From the NCBI RefSeq assembly GCF_040938485.1, contig NW_027271973.1:124001-188000 (forward strand): a DNA stretch of 64,000 nucleotides. Reading direction: 5' to 3'. This document shows positions 35,653 through 49,504 of this stretch, piece after piece. The notes under the pieces were generated by a model. That model made no database searches. It had not been told where the DNA came from and was given only the letters and a program-made list of their open reading frames with translations. Numbering within the stretch: the first letter of the stretch is position 1; the number at the start of each line of letters is the position of its first letter. Position numbers and translations under genes: made by a program. The stretch comes from Diadema antillarum. Lineage: Eukaryota.

Positions 35653-37074
35653 TTAATGATTCTCGTCAGCTGGATGCACGCAGGTCGCAGGCTTGTTACA
35701 TTTCACACGCGATGACCATATTCTTACCATTTTCTGCTAATTGCTTCCGATCCGATTCTGAATGTAGTAAGACGAGACAGCCTCCTAATTTAGCTTTTGT
35801 CTTTGAATTTAATACACACTGCTGTTTCTATCAACTGGCCGCCAGTCAGTTTGAGACTGGGCTGATGAGAGTCACACAAGGAACGTTCCACGTAACACGG
35901 CTGCGCTTCCGCAACACCTGCAGAGAAGTGGTGGTAGCTCCTCCAGAAGATTTCTCTCTGCTGATAAGTTTTCCGATAAATTGCAGTTTAATTTCTGGTT
36001 TCCCACGATTGAAAGTTCCAGCTGCTTATGTCGAGGACTCCACAATACTATAGACCAGATAGAAAAGTCTGCTTCTTTTCCGGTGACAACCTAGCCAGCA
36101 TGTCTGCAAGAGTTGTATTTACAGTAGCGCTGCCGGTATGCCATGTATTTCATGCAATTTCGCTGCGTAAGTTTCATCACAATGTCATACACACAGTACA
36201 CGGCACACATTGGAAGCCATACGGTATGCACGTACTGTGCTGAACTGTGCGGGAGCCCTGCATCTTGTTATGTGTCGTCAAGACAGCAGCAACGTGATTT
36301 TGCACGCATGAATCTCGCGGTAAACGAGATTTGTTGAGGACTACCTTCGAGACAAGACAACGTCCCTATTATACACATATAGCGTCTGCGTGGCTGCATG
36401 ATCACAAGTTGTAGTTATCCGATATTGTTTATATTTTTCTCCTGATTCCGCTGTCTTTTTCATGAAAACCTCTTTGATCAATCATAATAATTGCGGGTTT
36501 TTTTCCAATCATTTTATTGCATACTATGTAGTTGCCTCAGTCTATTTCAGTGGTTTGGGAAGCTGCACCTAAATTCATCTGTTCTTCTCCCCTTCTTTCT
36601 CCCTGTCCTTCTCCCTCCCCCCTCTCTCTCTCTCTCTTCCCCTCTTTCTCTCTCTCTCCTTGTTTCTCAATCTTAGGATACCGAAATAACTCTTTATTAA
36701 AATTATGTTCTTCCTCTTCGGTTTATTTTGGGGCGGGAGGAGATATTTGACATAGTGATATACATAGACCTATATCACAATATATACTTACATGTATATC
36801 TCCCCCTTTCTTTTTCCTTCCCCCACTGATCTTCCCATCAGTTAAACATCTGCCTTTTAAGATGTATTGCGTTTTGATTCCTTGATAAGGAACAAAATAA
36901 AGTAAGACTTTATCAGTATCACGACATTTTACACAAAGAGGAATGAAAAAAAAAATAAAGGGCGCTTTATCTTTGCCCTATAAGTTTGCAAATTACATGA
37001 AGTTTTCAATTCTTAACAAACTCACAAATATCATCCCTTTCAATAGTTTTGAATCGATCATTTCCTTTTCTGAT

Positions 37075-38180
37075 TCAACTTTCAACTTTCAACTTTATTT
37101 TCACCTCCATCAAAATGAACAAAGAAATTATGTACATTGCATATACACGGGATATTTGTGATACAGAACAAAATTTGAAAAGGTACATAAGATAATTATG
37201 AAAATGAAAAGTAGATGCGATTACATCTTTGTTAAATACATAAAGCGTATAATACAAGTCAACTAAGGATGAGGATGGAAGTGGAGGGTCCCACTAAGAA
37301 GCAAAGCTTGTACGATATGGGACCCTCGGAAAATACACAAAACATCAATATAAAACACAATAAACGAACCGATGTCAACTGACATCGAAATGATTGGGAA
37401 GAGGAAAAAGATAGAAAAGGAAAGGAAAAAAAAAGAGGAAAAAAAGAGAGGAAAAAAAAGGAGAAAAAAGAGGGAACTACAGCATGTGCCATCGTGGACC
37501 CAAGCAATCTGGATTTCATAATGTATAATAAGTGATGAAATACAAGCTGGATTGAATGTAATACAAAACATTTTTTATACGTAGTTATGTTGGTAAGAAT
37601 GCATGAGAAAAAAAAACATAGTTATATTTAGAACACAGACAGGGACATACTTAGGAGGACTTATGTAAAAAAGAATGATGACTTGACTGAGATGATAAAG
37701 GGAAACTAACTCTGTTGGATGTTGTAAAATTTCAATAAAAATATGATTTTGATTTATTCTTGAAGGAATTCAGAGATTGAGCTGTTGTAATGTTACTGGG
37801 AAGTGAATTCCAGTACTTTGGCCCGTCGTAAATAAATGTGTTTTGAGCCAACAAAGTTCTCAGAAATGGCAAATGGAAATCATTTGATCGCCGTGTTGGA
37901 TAATTATGAACGGACTGATTTCTTTGAAACATTGTTTCAAATATATTTGGGAGAGTATTTTTATTATAATTATACATAAATTGTCCTAGATTAAACAAAT
38001 ACAAATCATTAATTTTCAATATTTTATGCTCATAAAATAGTGGGTCAGTATGGGACAAAAATGCAGTATGACATATAACACGGAGTGATTTCTTTTGCAA
38101 TAAAAGTAATTTATCTAAGAATGTTTTATATGTATTTCCCCACGCGAGAATACCGTAACTTAAATATGAATATAATACGA
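37075..38180 (-). mobile_element. 5'-truncated non-LTR retrotransposon of the CR1/L2 group (Crack-like): ORF2 C-terminus and 3' UTR
   Basis: YLSYGILAWGNTYKTFLDKLLLLQKKSLRVICHTAFLSHTDPLFYEHKILKINDLY...GPKYWNSLP is a typical post-RT tail. 3' UTR hairpin GAGGGTCCCA/TGGGACCCTC. AATAAA plus an (AAGTTG)n tail near 37075-37100. Confidence 0.8.
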
Positions 38181-38409
38181 GCAGGGACGACAGGGACGAC
38201 AAAGGAAAACTGCTGAGGAAAACTGCTGAGACCGTCATGCTTGTCAAGCTATATGCCGGATGGCAATCACCTGGATTTGTTTGTTTGTTCTGGCATGATA
38301 CGATGGTATATATTGAAAACGCCCCGTCATCACACTTGCTGTATTCAGAATGAAGGCTCATTGTTTACATTTTTTTTTATTATCGTAGTCTATATTAGAT
38401 TATGCAATT

Positions 38410-38610
38410 GGAATGATTCCATGGCTATGTATGCTAAGAATTCCTCACCACCATTAGTTGTCTGTTCTGCACATTTCAATGATCTATCTTTGAATCGTCC
38501 TTCCTCTCTCCAATCCAGTCTTCTTCCTTTTATTGACCTTCCGTCCCGTTCTTCTATAATTTGTATTTGTAATGGTCTTGTTCTTACCAATTATAGCTGT
38601 GTCTACTAGT
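38410..38610 (-). mobile_element. Degenerate RTE-type LINE 3' remnant
   Basis: One frame gives LQIQIIEERDGRSIKGRRLDW...AYIAM, resembling the RTE C-terminal L..I.EG...G.R.RGR....W motif; heavily decayed. Confidence 0.35.
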
Positions 38611-39194
38611 TCATGTACCTCATACAAAGTCTCTAGACCATGCATGGGGGGGGGGGGGGTGATACCCGATCCACACCCCACCCCCATGTCTCCTTATCGT
38701 TGATGCCATTATTCACAACTATAATGTATCCATCATCATGAACAAACAGCACAGCTATACAAAAGATGTGAATATATCAGAAATAAAGATATAAATTATT
38801 ATCTTGCCATTCCTCTTTATAAAAACAAACAAACAAAAGTTTGACAACAGTCATCTTCAAACTCTGACGAAGGTGCTGTATAGTTCAAAATGACCCATTG
38901 ATCTCCTCATAAAGGATGGTATACCTTTACAAACATGGATATACAGTATACGCATTATCATTATATAAAATAATTTATATAATATAACATGGTATATAAT
39001 ACATTATTATATACCATGTTTGTATTATAAACATGGCTCGACTCTAACTATTTTTTTTTTCTGGTAACCCATTCTCACTATAGGCACTAAAGTCATTTAA
39101 TTTGAAATGTTGGTAGCTTGATGAAGACGTGTATTAATGCCAAGTAAAAGGAAACATAACAATCTATTTTTACTTTTAGTTGGCCGATTATAGG

Positions 39195-39642
39195 CAGGGC
39201 TCGACACTAACGGTGGCCCGGTGGCCCGGGGCCACCAAAAATGAAAGTCGGGCCACCAAATTTAAAAAAAGGGCAAATTTGGTGGCCCGCCTCGGGCCAC
39301 CAAAATATTTTGAAAAGTATGTCAATAAATTCATAACTTTTTGCGCCGGAAATTAGCAGTTAAATTTGTTCAAAGGATGGATAAAAAGGACTGAATGAAT
39401 GCCTGAGAGTGAGTGTTGCAAGTTTGTTGAAGTTTATTTATGAGTAGATATGTCCAACTTCTGATTCTTACTATCATAAATCTTAAATATTTGACTCATT
39501 ATAAAAAAAAAGGACTTTTAATGTTTTTTATTGTTGTTTTTTCGGGACACCAAATTTTTCTCTCGGGCCACCAAAAACTTGCAATTTAGGATTTTGGTGG
39601 CCCCATCGGGCCACCAAACAAAAAAGTTAGTGTCGAGCCATG
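39195..39642. mobile_element. hAT-like MITE with GGGCCACC subterminal repeats
   Basis: TIRs CAGGGCTCGACACTAAC / GTTAGTGTCGAGCCATG. TSD TTATAGG(C) at 39188 and 39643. A paralogous empty site lies near 40355-40380. Confidence 0.75.
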
Positions 39643-41385
39643 TTATAGGCCATCAAAAGTTCAGTTATCTTTGAACTCGAAATTGCTGTATAGTTCAATG
39701 ACCCATTGATCTCCTCTTTCTAGGAAAGACTGGTATATGTCAATAAAGTGATTAGTGCAATCAACTTGTAATGAATCATACCCTCATCTCTCCAGCGGTG
39801 AGGTAGCTGAAGATCATAATGGTACATTTAGGTTGGAGATATTGCTCTAGAATTGTGGTAGAAAGTCAAACAGAATATGGAACATAATAAAGAGAGGGAA
39901 AAAGTGATAAGGTTATGGATTTCTAAGTGCAATGCTACTCCTTATATTGAAATTAGACTTCCTGGCTATAATACCAGAGGATAACCGTGCAAGCAAACAT
40001 AAAAAAAAAAAAAAAAAAAAACTTAGTCAAAATCAAATCGATAAGAAATAATTCGATAATGTTATGTTTTCAACAGTTAGATTGGTGACAATTTAATCTC
40101 AATACAAATTTTAGGTGAAGATGTTGTCAAGTCCAGTTAACCGGCAAATACCTGTACATATGCATTATATCATATATGTTATACATGTTTGTATATGTAA
40201 ACTGTGCTCGACTTTTTTTTTTCTGGTGCACATGGCCCGTTCTCTTCATGGGCAGTAAAGTCATTTAATTTGAAATGTTGGTAGCCTGCTATGAAGAAGA
40301 CGTGTATAGTGGTGCCAAATGAAAGGAAACGCTATCTATATTTTGACTTTTAGTTGCCCGATTAAGCCATCAAAAAGTGGCCTGCATGGTTTGTATGCCC
40401 TGGACCATCGGGCCACCGGGCCACAGAGAACCCCGAGTCCTATATAGTGTACATCGGGAGGGAAAGAAACTAATGTAGAGAAGAGGTGAAAGAATGATTT
40501 ACATTTTAGCACATTATCTAAATGTATACAACATTCACTATACAATGCNNNNNNNNNNNNNNNNNNNNNNNNNNNNNNNNNNNNNNNNNNNNNNNNNNNN
40601 NNNNNNNNNNNNNNNNNNNNNNNNNNNNNNNNNNNNNNNNNNNNNNNNNNNNNNNNNNNNNNNNNNNNNNNNNNNNNNNNNNNNNNNNNNNNNNNNNNNN
40701 NNNNNNNNNNNNNNNNNNNNNNTTTTGACGCACGTGACTATACTGGACCACGAATCCACATACTCCGCCATGTTTCTGGCCATTTTTCCTGTGTGACCTC
40801 TACACAGACCTACTCCCATACCTCTTATCCTCTATATAGCTATTTTTTTTTTTTTGTCAGTTTGTATTAGGTGAAGTTCCATTGCCTCATACCCTGCAAA
40901 AATATGCTGATTTTTATGGTTCTAAATTTCCATACGGTTTAATTCATTCACATGTTTTGGCTCGTCATAAAACTTCTCCGCGGTTAACCTGATCTGTCCA
41001 GGAAATGCTATTCATTTTTTTTTCTTGCCCCTTCTCAGATCATGAATGCAATGCAAGACCAGCATATTCTCGTATTGTTCATCAGATTATTCTCTATATA
41101 TATTTTATTTTTCTCTATAGTACAGTAATATGATCTCTCTTTTCCCTTCAGGGAACTTTCATTATACCTGACGATCTATCTTCTCTTGTCTGGGTAGTTA
41201 CAGTCATAAAATGAATGGAAAATATATAATAAGAAGACCACATTTGCAGCAACTTCACATTCTCCGTTTCATGATGTTACAACATCACATGTAAAAAGCT
41301 ATATGCGTTTTATCTCTTGACTGGATTTTTTTATTTTCGTTTCAATAATTTTCTCCCAGTTATAGTATGGTATTAATAGATATCT

Positions 41386-41554
41386 GGGGACCGTTTCATG
41401 AAAGTTGTCAGCGCTGACAAATTGTCAGTCTCTGACAATCACCATGGTAACAGTCAGTGACCAGAGCTTCTCAGCCAATCAAATCCACAGATTTTGCTGA
41501 AATTGTCAGAGACTGACAACTTGTCAGCGCTGACTAAATTGATGAAACACCCCC
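41386..41554. mobile_element. Palindromic PIF/Harbinger-like MITE
   Basis: GGGGACCGTTTCATGAAA ... TTGATGAAACACCCCC termini; inverted TTGTCAGCGCTGACAA arms. Confidence 0.6.
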
Positions 41555-42068
41555 TACTTCATAATTCCCCTATCTGATTTTATCCTGTGACCTGAGGCTG
41601 AACAGGCTTGTTTTTACGTACTATAGGCCCCATCTATCTCTCGTACTATGACCAACGCCCAACTCTAAACAGACCTTTGTGTTTATACTGAGACAGACTG
41701 GTACAATCCGATTAACTTTCAGCCAATCTATATGCTTTGCATGATTTTGGTATTTCAGAAATGTATGTTTTCTGTGCTATTTTCGTGAAAAATGTGTACA
41801 TAAATCAAATTTAGATTTAAAAGTTGAAATGCATGACTCGGATGAGAGAATCTGTCTTCCTCGAGTGATGTAATCTCTTTCCTAACTATACTCAATTGAA
41901 TGCCATTTGCGATTCATATAATAGTGCCCATTGCTAAAAAAAAATCCCCCAAAACAATGCTCATTATCACTCATTGAACAATGAAAATTTGATTGATTAA
42001 ACGCGCAAAATATACAGATAGATTATGGAAATGGAAGTATTACATTTTGAGCTGTTTGTTTGCTTGGG

Positions 42069-42070
<2 letters not shown>

Positions 42071-42121
<51 letters not shown>

Positions 42122-42124
42122 TGT
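42071..42124. repeat. (GT)n microsatellite
   Basis: Dinucleotide run with one interruption. Confidence 0.95.
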
Positions 42125-43362
42125 TTTCCTGCAAACTCTGATATCGTCATAATCACATTTCAAATAAGATGACAATGCTAATGAATTTGATAATAATGAT
42201 ACTACAGCTACTGCTACTACTACTATCAAATACTTATACATACTATATTATTGTTATTGTAATGATTATAATAATACTGAATATAATAATTATTATATAC
42301 TTGTACTGCGCCATCGATCTATATATTGATGTGTGACCTATACTGGGGCGCAGAGGGGCACAACGATATACGCTAGTGCGAATTACTTGTGTACATTAAT
42401 AGAGTGGAAAGGAAATGGAGAGATAGAAATATATCCAGCCAATATGTTACCTATAACAAGTGGTATCTGGTCTGTATACATCATAAATATATAGCTTCTC
42501 AGCCAGAACTTTCCCCTCTATTATGAAGACACCATTACCACAAGTTCATTTGTTTCTTTAAGGTACGTCAAAACAAAAAACATACTGCGAGACAGTGGGA
42601 GATGCATGAAGATAATTATTTCATCATCTCCTAAAAATTGAACATATAACTTTGGTCACTGCGAGCAAGGGTCTTTGAAGAAAAACAAAGCTTAGATCAG
42701 AAATTTTTAATACCTTTTTTTTTTCTTTTGGCGGGGGGGGGGGGGGGGGAGATGAAAATTTCACTTTTCCATCTGTTTAATGTATATTTGTTAATCGAAG
42801 TCAACTTTAATTGCACTTTTACTATGCCCGGACTTTAATCAGCATTTCTTGGCGTGCTTGCTTTCACATAGATAAGCCCTGCTTAAATGGGATGCGATAC
42901 GCGGTCAAAGTAAGAACAAAAAAAAAAATCGAATAAAAAAAGCAGTAAACAAACTAAGCATGTACCCGCTCTGGCCAGCCATAAAATATAATGCAAAGTC
43001 ATTCACAGTTTCACATCAAAACCCCTTCCTCCGTGAACTCGTCAGTACAATTCAGCCTATAACGGGCTTTGTGCGGGCAGAATACGGTTGTTTTACGAAG
43101 TAAAGTTTGTATCTCAAAGATAACGGTACCTGCATAAAGTTGATTTGGTTGAATCGCTAAGTGCACGATCATGGCAGAATAAAACTGACTGAACCGCCGT
43201 CGAGTAAGTCTCTTTCTGGGTTACTCCACGTGTTTCCGGATAAGCACGTTGCTCTTTCTCATCTTCAAGGAGTGAAAAGCCCGGCTGCATGCGGGAGAGC
43301 TTCCAGCAGCATTGCTGTTGCGTTCTAACTGGGGCTGGAGACTGGGTCCATGGCATGCTACG

Positions 43363-43383
43363 ATTGGCAGCATGACGTCAGTT
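43363..43383. promoter_or_regulatory. CCAAT box (ATTGG), full CRE (TGACGTCA) and overlapping Inr-like TCAGTT
   Basis: ATTGG at 43363-43367, TGACGTCA at 43373-43380, TCAGTT at 43378-43383, within a CpG-richer patch. A GTAAGC donor follows at 43503. Confidence 0.35.
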
Positions 43384-44793
43384 TTTCATCCACAAATGTG
43401 ATGATTAGAGGCGCTGATTACTTTCCACGAGTGTATGGTCTAATAGTGGAGCTAGAACAAATATGACTGTTGTGGCAGCAGTGAAAGCAACGTCTTTGTG
43501 TGGTAAGCGATCGGTTATTTTCTAACCCAATATTACCGCTAAGACTTAGTAATACAAGCACAGCATCATTAAGTATACCGGTATAATTTTATGTCGAATG
43601 ACAATGTATGATTTTCATATTCATTCCTTGTTCACAATGATTCTGAAAGCCTGTTCAGTGATGGATCTTGTCTAAATAAATAAGAAATATTATTTCTCAA
43701 ACTCAGTATAAGCAATGACAATAAGCGAGTCTGCATTATTATACTTCAAAATAATTTTCCTGGCAGTACAGATTTAATTACATGAAGTGGTCCTATTGAG
43801 GGAGCAAAATAAAGCGACCGAGCGAGGGATTGGGGTAGGGGTCTGAGCACTGATCTCCCCTCTAGAGGGGAGATCAGTGGGTCGGAGAAGGAGGGTGATG
43901 TACGCCCCCCTCTGAGGGTAAGGGGAATTTTGATAAAATCAAGTTTACAGTTGAATTGTAGGTACAACTTTTAAAACCCCGCGAGGGTGCAGTGTTCTTG
44001 TATAAGCATTCAAAATTAGTTTCTTAACTTCTCAAGGGGACCTCAAATCTTTAGAGAATGTTTTCATGTCATGTGTGTGAGTGTGCGTGCGTCTGTGTGT
44101 GTATGTGTGTGATTGTGTACCTTGTGACGTCATCCCTTCCCCTTTTACTGGTATGTATATAGGCCTACTTTATCTTACTATCTCTGCTGATGAGAATGAT
44201 GATAATCCGTGATATTAACAGTGATGATGAGAATGACAATGACAATGATAGCAAATGACTTGACAAAAAATAATGTGACAAACCGTGGATGTGGTCCATT
44301 TTTCCTTTCTGACAATAGTTCGTGGGGTGTATGACCTTGTATCTGTGTGATACATGTATAGTATCTGATTCATGTACCTTGATTTGTGTAAGTCGCGTAT
44401 TATGTTCCATGTATTTCAGTGATGTCCCGCATGTAAAACTGTAGGGCACCTTTGGAAAGCAGTTTTGTACAACAGAATAGGCCAACCCTGCAATATGATA
44501 GAGAAAACAAACAAATAAATGAATAAATAATTGAATAAAATCATGAACAAATAGATAAATAAAGATACCCCAAGATGTGAACTCAAACCATAAGGGTTAA
44601 AGAATAAGCTAACGTATTCCTTCAACAGAAGTCAATGTTAATTTATTATAGTTGTTTATTCTTTCAATGTAGATTTCTGCTGCTGTCTATTATATTATGG
44701 TGATGTTATTATGCCGGGTTATAGCCTCCACACCTATACGAATCACTCTTAGATTGATATTCATAGGGAGGTATCTCTTCTACCTCCCCGCAT

Positions 44794-45078
44794 GGGGTGC
44801 TGTTCGTTATTCCGAAGGTTCGCTATTCCGAAGGTTCGTTGTTCCGAAGGGTCGTTAATCCGAAACACGCAAATTCCCTATACCTAGAGGTTCGTTAATC
44901 CGAAAATGAAAAAGGGTTCGTTAATCCGAAAATTTGTGGCGTTATTCCGAAGGTTCGTTATTCCGAAGATCGGTTAATCCGAAAATGAAATTCGAAACAA
45001 TGAACCTTCGGAATAACGAATCTTAGGAATAAAGAGCATTCGGAATAACGGACCTTCAGAATAACGAGCTGTAACCCC
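44794..45078. mobile_element. Palindromic MITE with internal TTCGTTATTCCGAAGG tandem units
   Basis: GGGGTGCTGTTCGTTATTCCGAA ... TTCAGAATAACGAGCTGTAACCCC, with units in opposite orientation in the two arms. Confidence 0.7.
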
Positions 45079-46175
45079 TGCATGGTAGGCGCAGGGAGGT
45101 GGGAAAAGATACCCCAGCGCTGACAGTGACCTGTTCATACAGCTTTACCAAGGTAGATGCAGAAAGCGCGCAAACAAAATTACTCTGTAAAGTATGAGCA
45201 CACCTAGCACAATTCAAACACAAAACCTTATAACTATGTTAAACACTAAAAGTATTATCCATCCTAATTTTGTGCTTAAACATCCATATCTTTATGAATG
45301 AACAAGATTGACAGTTAACTTGAGTTACTTTCAATGGGAGCGAATCCATCTAAAATGGTGCTTAAACCGAATCCATCTAAAAACTAAAACCGAAACTATA
45401 GTTTGAATAGTACAAATACATTTCAATATGAGCCTATATATTTCTGATGTGTTTAAGCACATCGTTACTATACGAGAGTAATATATATAGGTGATGTCAT
45501 CTTTCGAAAATTCAGTGCTAGGGTTGTCCAGAGCGGAGACCGTCAGAGTGTAATATGTCCTTGTTTGTTAATCATAATGATAAATAATTGCTGTGCCTTG
45601 TCTTTTGTGATTGCCTCTGTCTACTTTCCTTTTATTTAGTTAGAAGTAATATGAGTAAAAATAAGCTTATGCTCAATTCACGCACGAAGACCACAGTCTT
45701 GACAATGATAAGCAAACTTGGGAATTCAGGTGGTTCGTCGTCAATGACGCAAGATCCAAATATTATGGCGACTTACGTAACTTCGACATGTTACACTGTT
45801 CAAACATCGTAATCATCAGATCATGTTACCCCACAAGCCATGCCGATAAGTACAATGTGAAATGAGATCACATCCGCTCGTCTCTGGTATCAGTGCTTGC
45901 TGTGCGTAAAGATGTTCATAATCCCCGCTATAAAACAATTAAGATAACAGGTAGCGAAGTCTCATTTAAAGATAAGCTGACGTCGGAGGAATTCAAGAGA
46001 ATTTTATTATTCCACATCAAAATGATTTTGCTGATAGTCAAGGAGTAGAATACATGCGTGTGTGTGTGTTTGTGTTTGTGTATGTGTGTGTGTGTTATCT
46101 ACGTCATCCACACGTTTCTATTGAGATATACAAATTCTTGACGTAAAAGACGAGGATTCAGTACCAACAGAATAC

Positions 46176-46520
46176 GGGTGCACGTCACGAGACCGACACC
46201 CACGAGTCATACATCCAACGAGTCATACAGCTCACAAGTCATACAGCCCATGAGTTATACAGCTCACTAGTCATACAGCCCATTAGTTCGACACTAAGCT
46301 AACAAGGCCCACGAGACCGACACATTAAGCCCCGTGTTGTATCTGTCGAACTCGTGGGCTGTTTTAACCTAGTGTCGAACTCATGGGCTTTATTTGCCTA
46401 TACACAGTGTCGAACTCATGGGCTGTATGACTCGTGAGCTGTATTATTCATGGACCTGTTTTCGATATCGAACTCGTGGGCTGTATGACTCGTGGGTGTC
46501 GGTCTAGTGGGATGACCCCC
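46176..46520. mobile_element. Palindromic MITE with 16-bp CCCACGAGTCATACAG units
   Basis: Inverted ends ..AGACCGACACCCACGAG / CTCGTGGGTGTCGGTCT.., with tandem units mirrored in both arms. Confidence 0.7.
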
Positions 46521-46999
46521 AGGATACTACATCAATCCACATAATCTTTATTCACATAATGGATCCAAATATTATGTCATCGTTTGTTTGCAAAGATATT
46601 CGCGATTCATAGTGGTAAATGTGAATGGACGCAACACGATCAGGATGGTCTCAAACTCCCTAGAAGGAGAGATTCGCCTTTCTTTATTCCCGAATACATA
46701 TTCTTCTCTGAGAAAATGCTATAGTATACCCATTTTCGATGAGTTAAAACATATGTTGCCCATAAATGCGTCATTTTTCTAATTTTTCAGTACGTAATAT
46801 TAACATGATACTTACACATGCTAAGTTCTAAACAGTAGACAATAAAATAAACGATGACCACTGTGCACAATGACAACTGTCCACTGAGGATTTGCAGACC
46901 CTAATCACCAGGAAGGATGGGGATGATGACGTGTCCTAAGAATGGACGCAAATGTTATTCTTACAGACAGGCTCTTACAGAAGAATTCCACACCAAAAA

Positions 47000-47515
47000 T
47001 GAATAAACTTCATTCAAAAGACAGAGAACAATATTCCCTACCGAATGATAGAAATGACAAAAATCGGTTAAGAAACACCGGAGATATGACATTTTGAAAT
47101 TTCATGTTTTTCCGGAAAAAAAAATTCTTGACCAGTCTTTATGAATATTCAAATGAGCGATTTGATGATGTCATACCCTCACAATATTTCATGTATGTTA
47201 TATATGAAATTTGGGGGAAAATATTTTTTAGCTGATACAAATAAAAGCATGTTCCCATCAGAGTAAACATTTGTTCTTTTTATATTTATACAGCTGAAAT
47301 AATAATATGAGATTTTTGTCCCATATGAAATGAATAAGAAATTGTAAGAGCACGACATCGTCAACTTGCTGATTTGAATATTCATAAGGTATGCATTTTC
47401 AAGAAATGTTTTTCCGAAAAAATATGAAATTTCAAAATGTCACATCTTAGTCTGATTTTTTGTCATTTTTGTATCGTTCTGCAGGAAATATTTTTTCCTT
47501 TCTTTTAAGTTTATC
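47000..47515. mobile_element. Degenerate palindromic MITE
   Basis: Inverted arms GACATTTTGAAATTTCAT / ATGAAATTTCAAAATGTC and TATGAATATTCAAAT / ATTTGAATATTCATA; ends uncertain. Confidence 0.5.
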
Positions 47516-47548
47516 TATTTTGGGGATGGATTTCCTTTTTTAATTTAT

Positions 47549-47930
47549 TGATTGGCGTCCTGAAGGGAAAGGAAGACGTGGCAGACCCAAGCAGATATGG
47601 AGAAGAACAGCACGAGGGTGAAATGATATCAGATCACATACAGTCCTGGGCTTCTCTCCAGAGGATGGCCAGCAACAGAGACAGGTGGAGGGCTTTCGTC
47701 GCTGGCCCTACACGCCGAGNNNNNNNNNNNNNNNNNNNNNNNNNNNNNNNNNNNNNNNNNNNNNNNNNNNNNNNNNNNNNNNNNNNNNNNNNNNNNNNNN
47801 NNNNNNNNNNNNNNNNNNNNNNNNNNNNNNNNNNNNNNNNNNNNNNNNNNNNNNNNNNNNNNNNGGGCACCATAAGGGTTGAACTGACCTGACTGACCTG
47901 ACCTGACCTGACTCTGACCTGGCCTGACTG
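47549..47930 (+). mobile_element. 3' end of an RTE-type LINE spanning an assembly gap
   Basis: DWRPEGKGRRGRPKQIWRRTA and (other frame) SWASLQRMASNRDRWRAFVA, the RTE C-terminal motif. A (GACCT)n tail follows the gap. Confidence 0.65.
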
Positions 47931-49155
47931 TGCGCAATGAAAGCTAAAGGACGGTTTGAACAAAAATATGAAGTCAGATTTCCTTATGAAGCGAACCGAA
48001 AAGCAGGTCCAAATACTATAATTGCGCAGCAGTCAGTGAATTAAAAAAACAACAACTAAAACTGATCAACGCAGCAACTAAAAGACTACAAAGGCGTCAG
48101 TGAATATTGATAGTTACAATCTAGTTTCCAAATTAATGTTTTCCTTGAGCTTACCTATGCGTGATAAGAAAAATTGTATCTTCATTTATGTTTTGAAGAT
48201 GTTGAGATGTGTTAGCATGTTAGTGTGTGTGTATGTGTGTGTGTGTGCCTGCGTATGTGTTTTCATACATTCACGTTCCATTTTTTTTTCTTTCAGTTAC
48301 GTTGTTCACTCCTGAGGGACGTGCACAGTTCATGCCATCAGCTTTTATAGTATATGATCCTCTGAGAAAAATAAATCGCATACTTTTCAACCGGTGCAAT
48401 AAGCACATGGGGGTTATCCTTGACATTGATCTTTGACTCAACCACGAACATTATCCCTAGCAATNNNNNNNNNNNNNNNNNNNNNNNNNNNNNNNNNNNN
48501 NNNNNNNNNNNNNNNNNNNNNNNNNNNNNNNNNNNNNNNNNNNNNNNNNNNNNNNNNNNNNNNNNNNNNNNNNNNNNNNNNNNNNNNNNNNNNNNNNNNN
48601 NNNNNNNNNNNNNNNNNNNNCTAGAAGACGTCCCAAGGACCCTGAAAGAAAGCCGCATTTATGTTTCAGACAATAAAGATAAGAGCAGATCCGCGCGAAA
48701 TCTCCAGCCTCCCCCCCCCCCCCAAGAAATGAATGATAAAATGTTACTTCAGAATCTTGTAGTGTACGGAAACAAACAGTACCCGTAACAATCGTCGATA
48801 TGGGAAATGATAACCCTGTAATTGGCGTATCTACTGGTACAAATTTCTCATTCAATTAAAAATGTTTATTACTTTTTGTTTCTGCAGTTTCAGAGTTTTT
48901 ACAATAGATTGTAAAGGCTTTTTAATAAATGATATTTCTCATCATGAATGCAAATTTGTGAATACATTCCTATCATTGTGAATATTCTAAAGACGAGTTT
49001 CATATGACCAGAGAGAAATGTAAGTAAAACCTTGAGTCTTATTACAATTCACAAATGTGAGCCCACACTTGCTTTCCCTTCTTATTAGGCATGCGGGTTC
49101 CGGTTAACAAGTCTACGTTGCAGAAGAGGTAACTCTTGTGAGTTCGCTGTTACAG

Positions 49156-49504
49156 AGATGTCTTCCAGCCCAGAGCTGTCCGAAGTCGGATGCACCACCG
49201 GACACGGGAGGGAGTATCTCTGTCCACGACCGGGCGTCGATCCCGCCGACCACACGGCCTGCTGTCAGCTAACGGGATCGGTTGCTTTCACTTGCTGTGC
49301 GCCAACCCGAGTCATCACCCCCGATCCCGTGGGTGAAGGCGGGAGCTATCTACCGGTCACTGTGACCCCTGATGTCAGACAAACCGGAAACCAAGGAGCT
49401 ATCACACTGGACACTGCAGAAACAGGGGGCACGTCCGGATTCTATTTTAGTTCGTACACCACCAGCACGATTGTGCCGCCGATAGATTCCGACCCACAAT
49501 GCTG
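49156..49504 (+). CDS. Exon of a single-pass membrane protein: six-Cys Shisa-like domain (C-x9-C-x12-CC-x9-CC) and Ser/Thr/Pro-rich stalk
   Basis: GTTACAG acceptor (49155), GTAGGT donor (49505). GCTTGHGREYLCPRPGVDPADHTACCQLTGSVAFTCC. The phase-2 end matches the next exon (TG|T = Cys). Confidence 0.65.
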
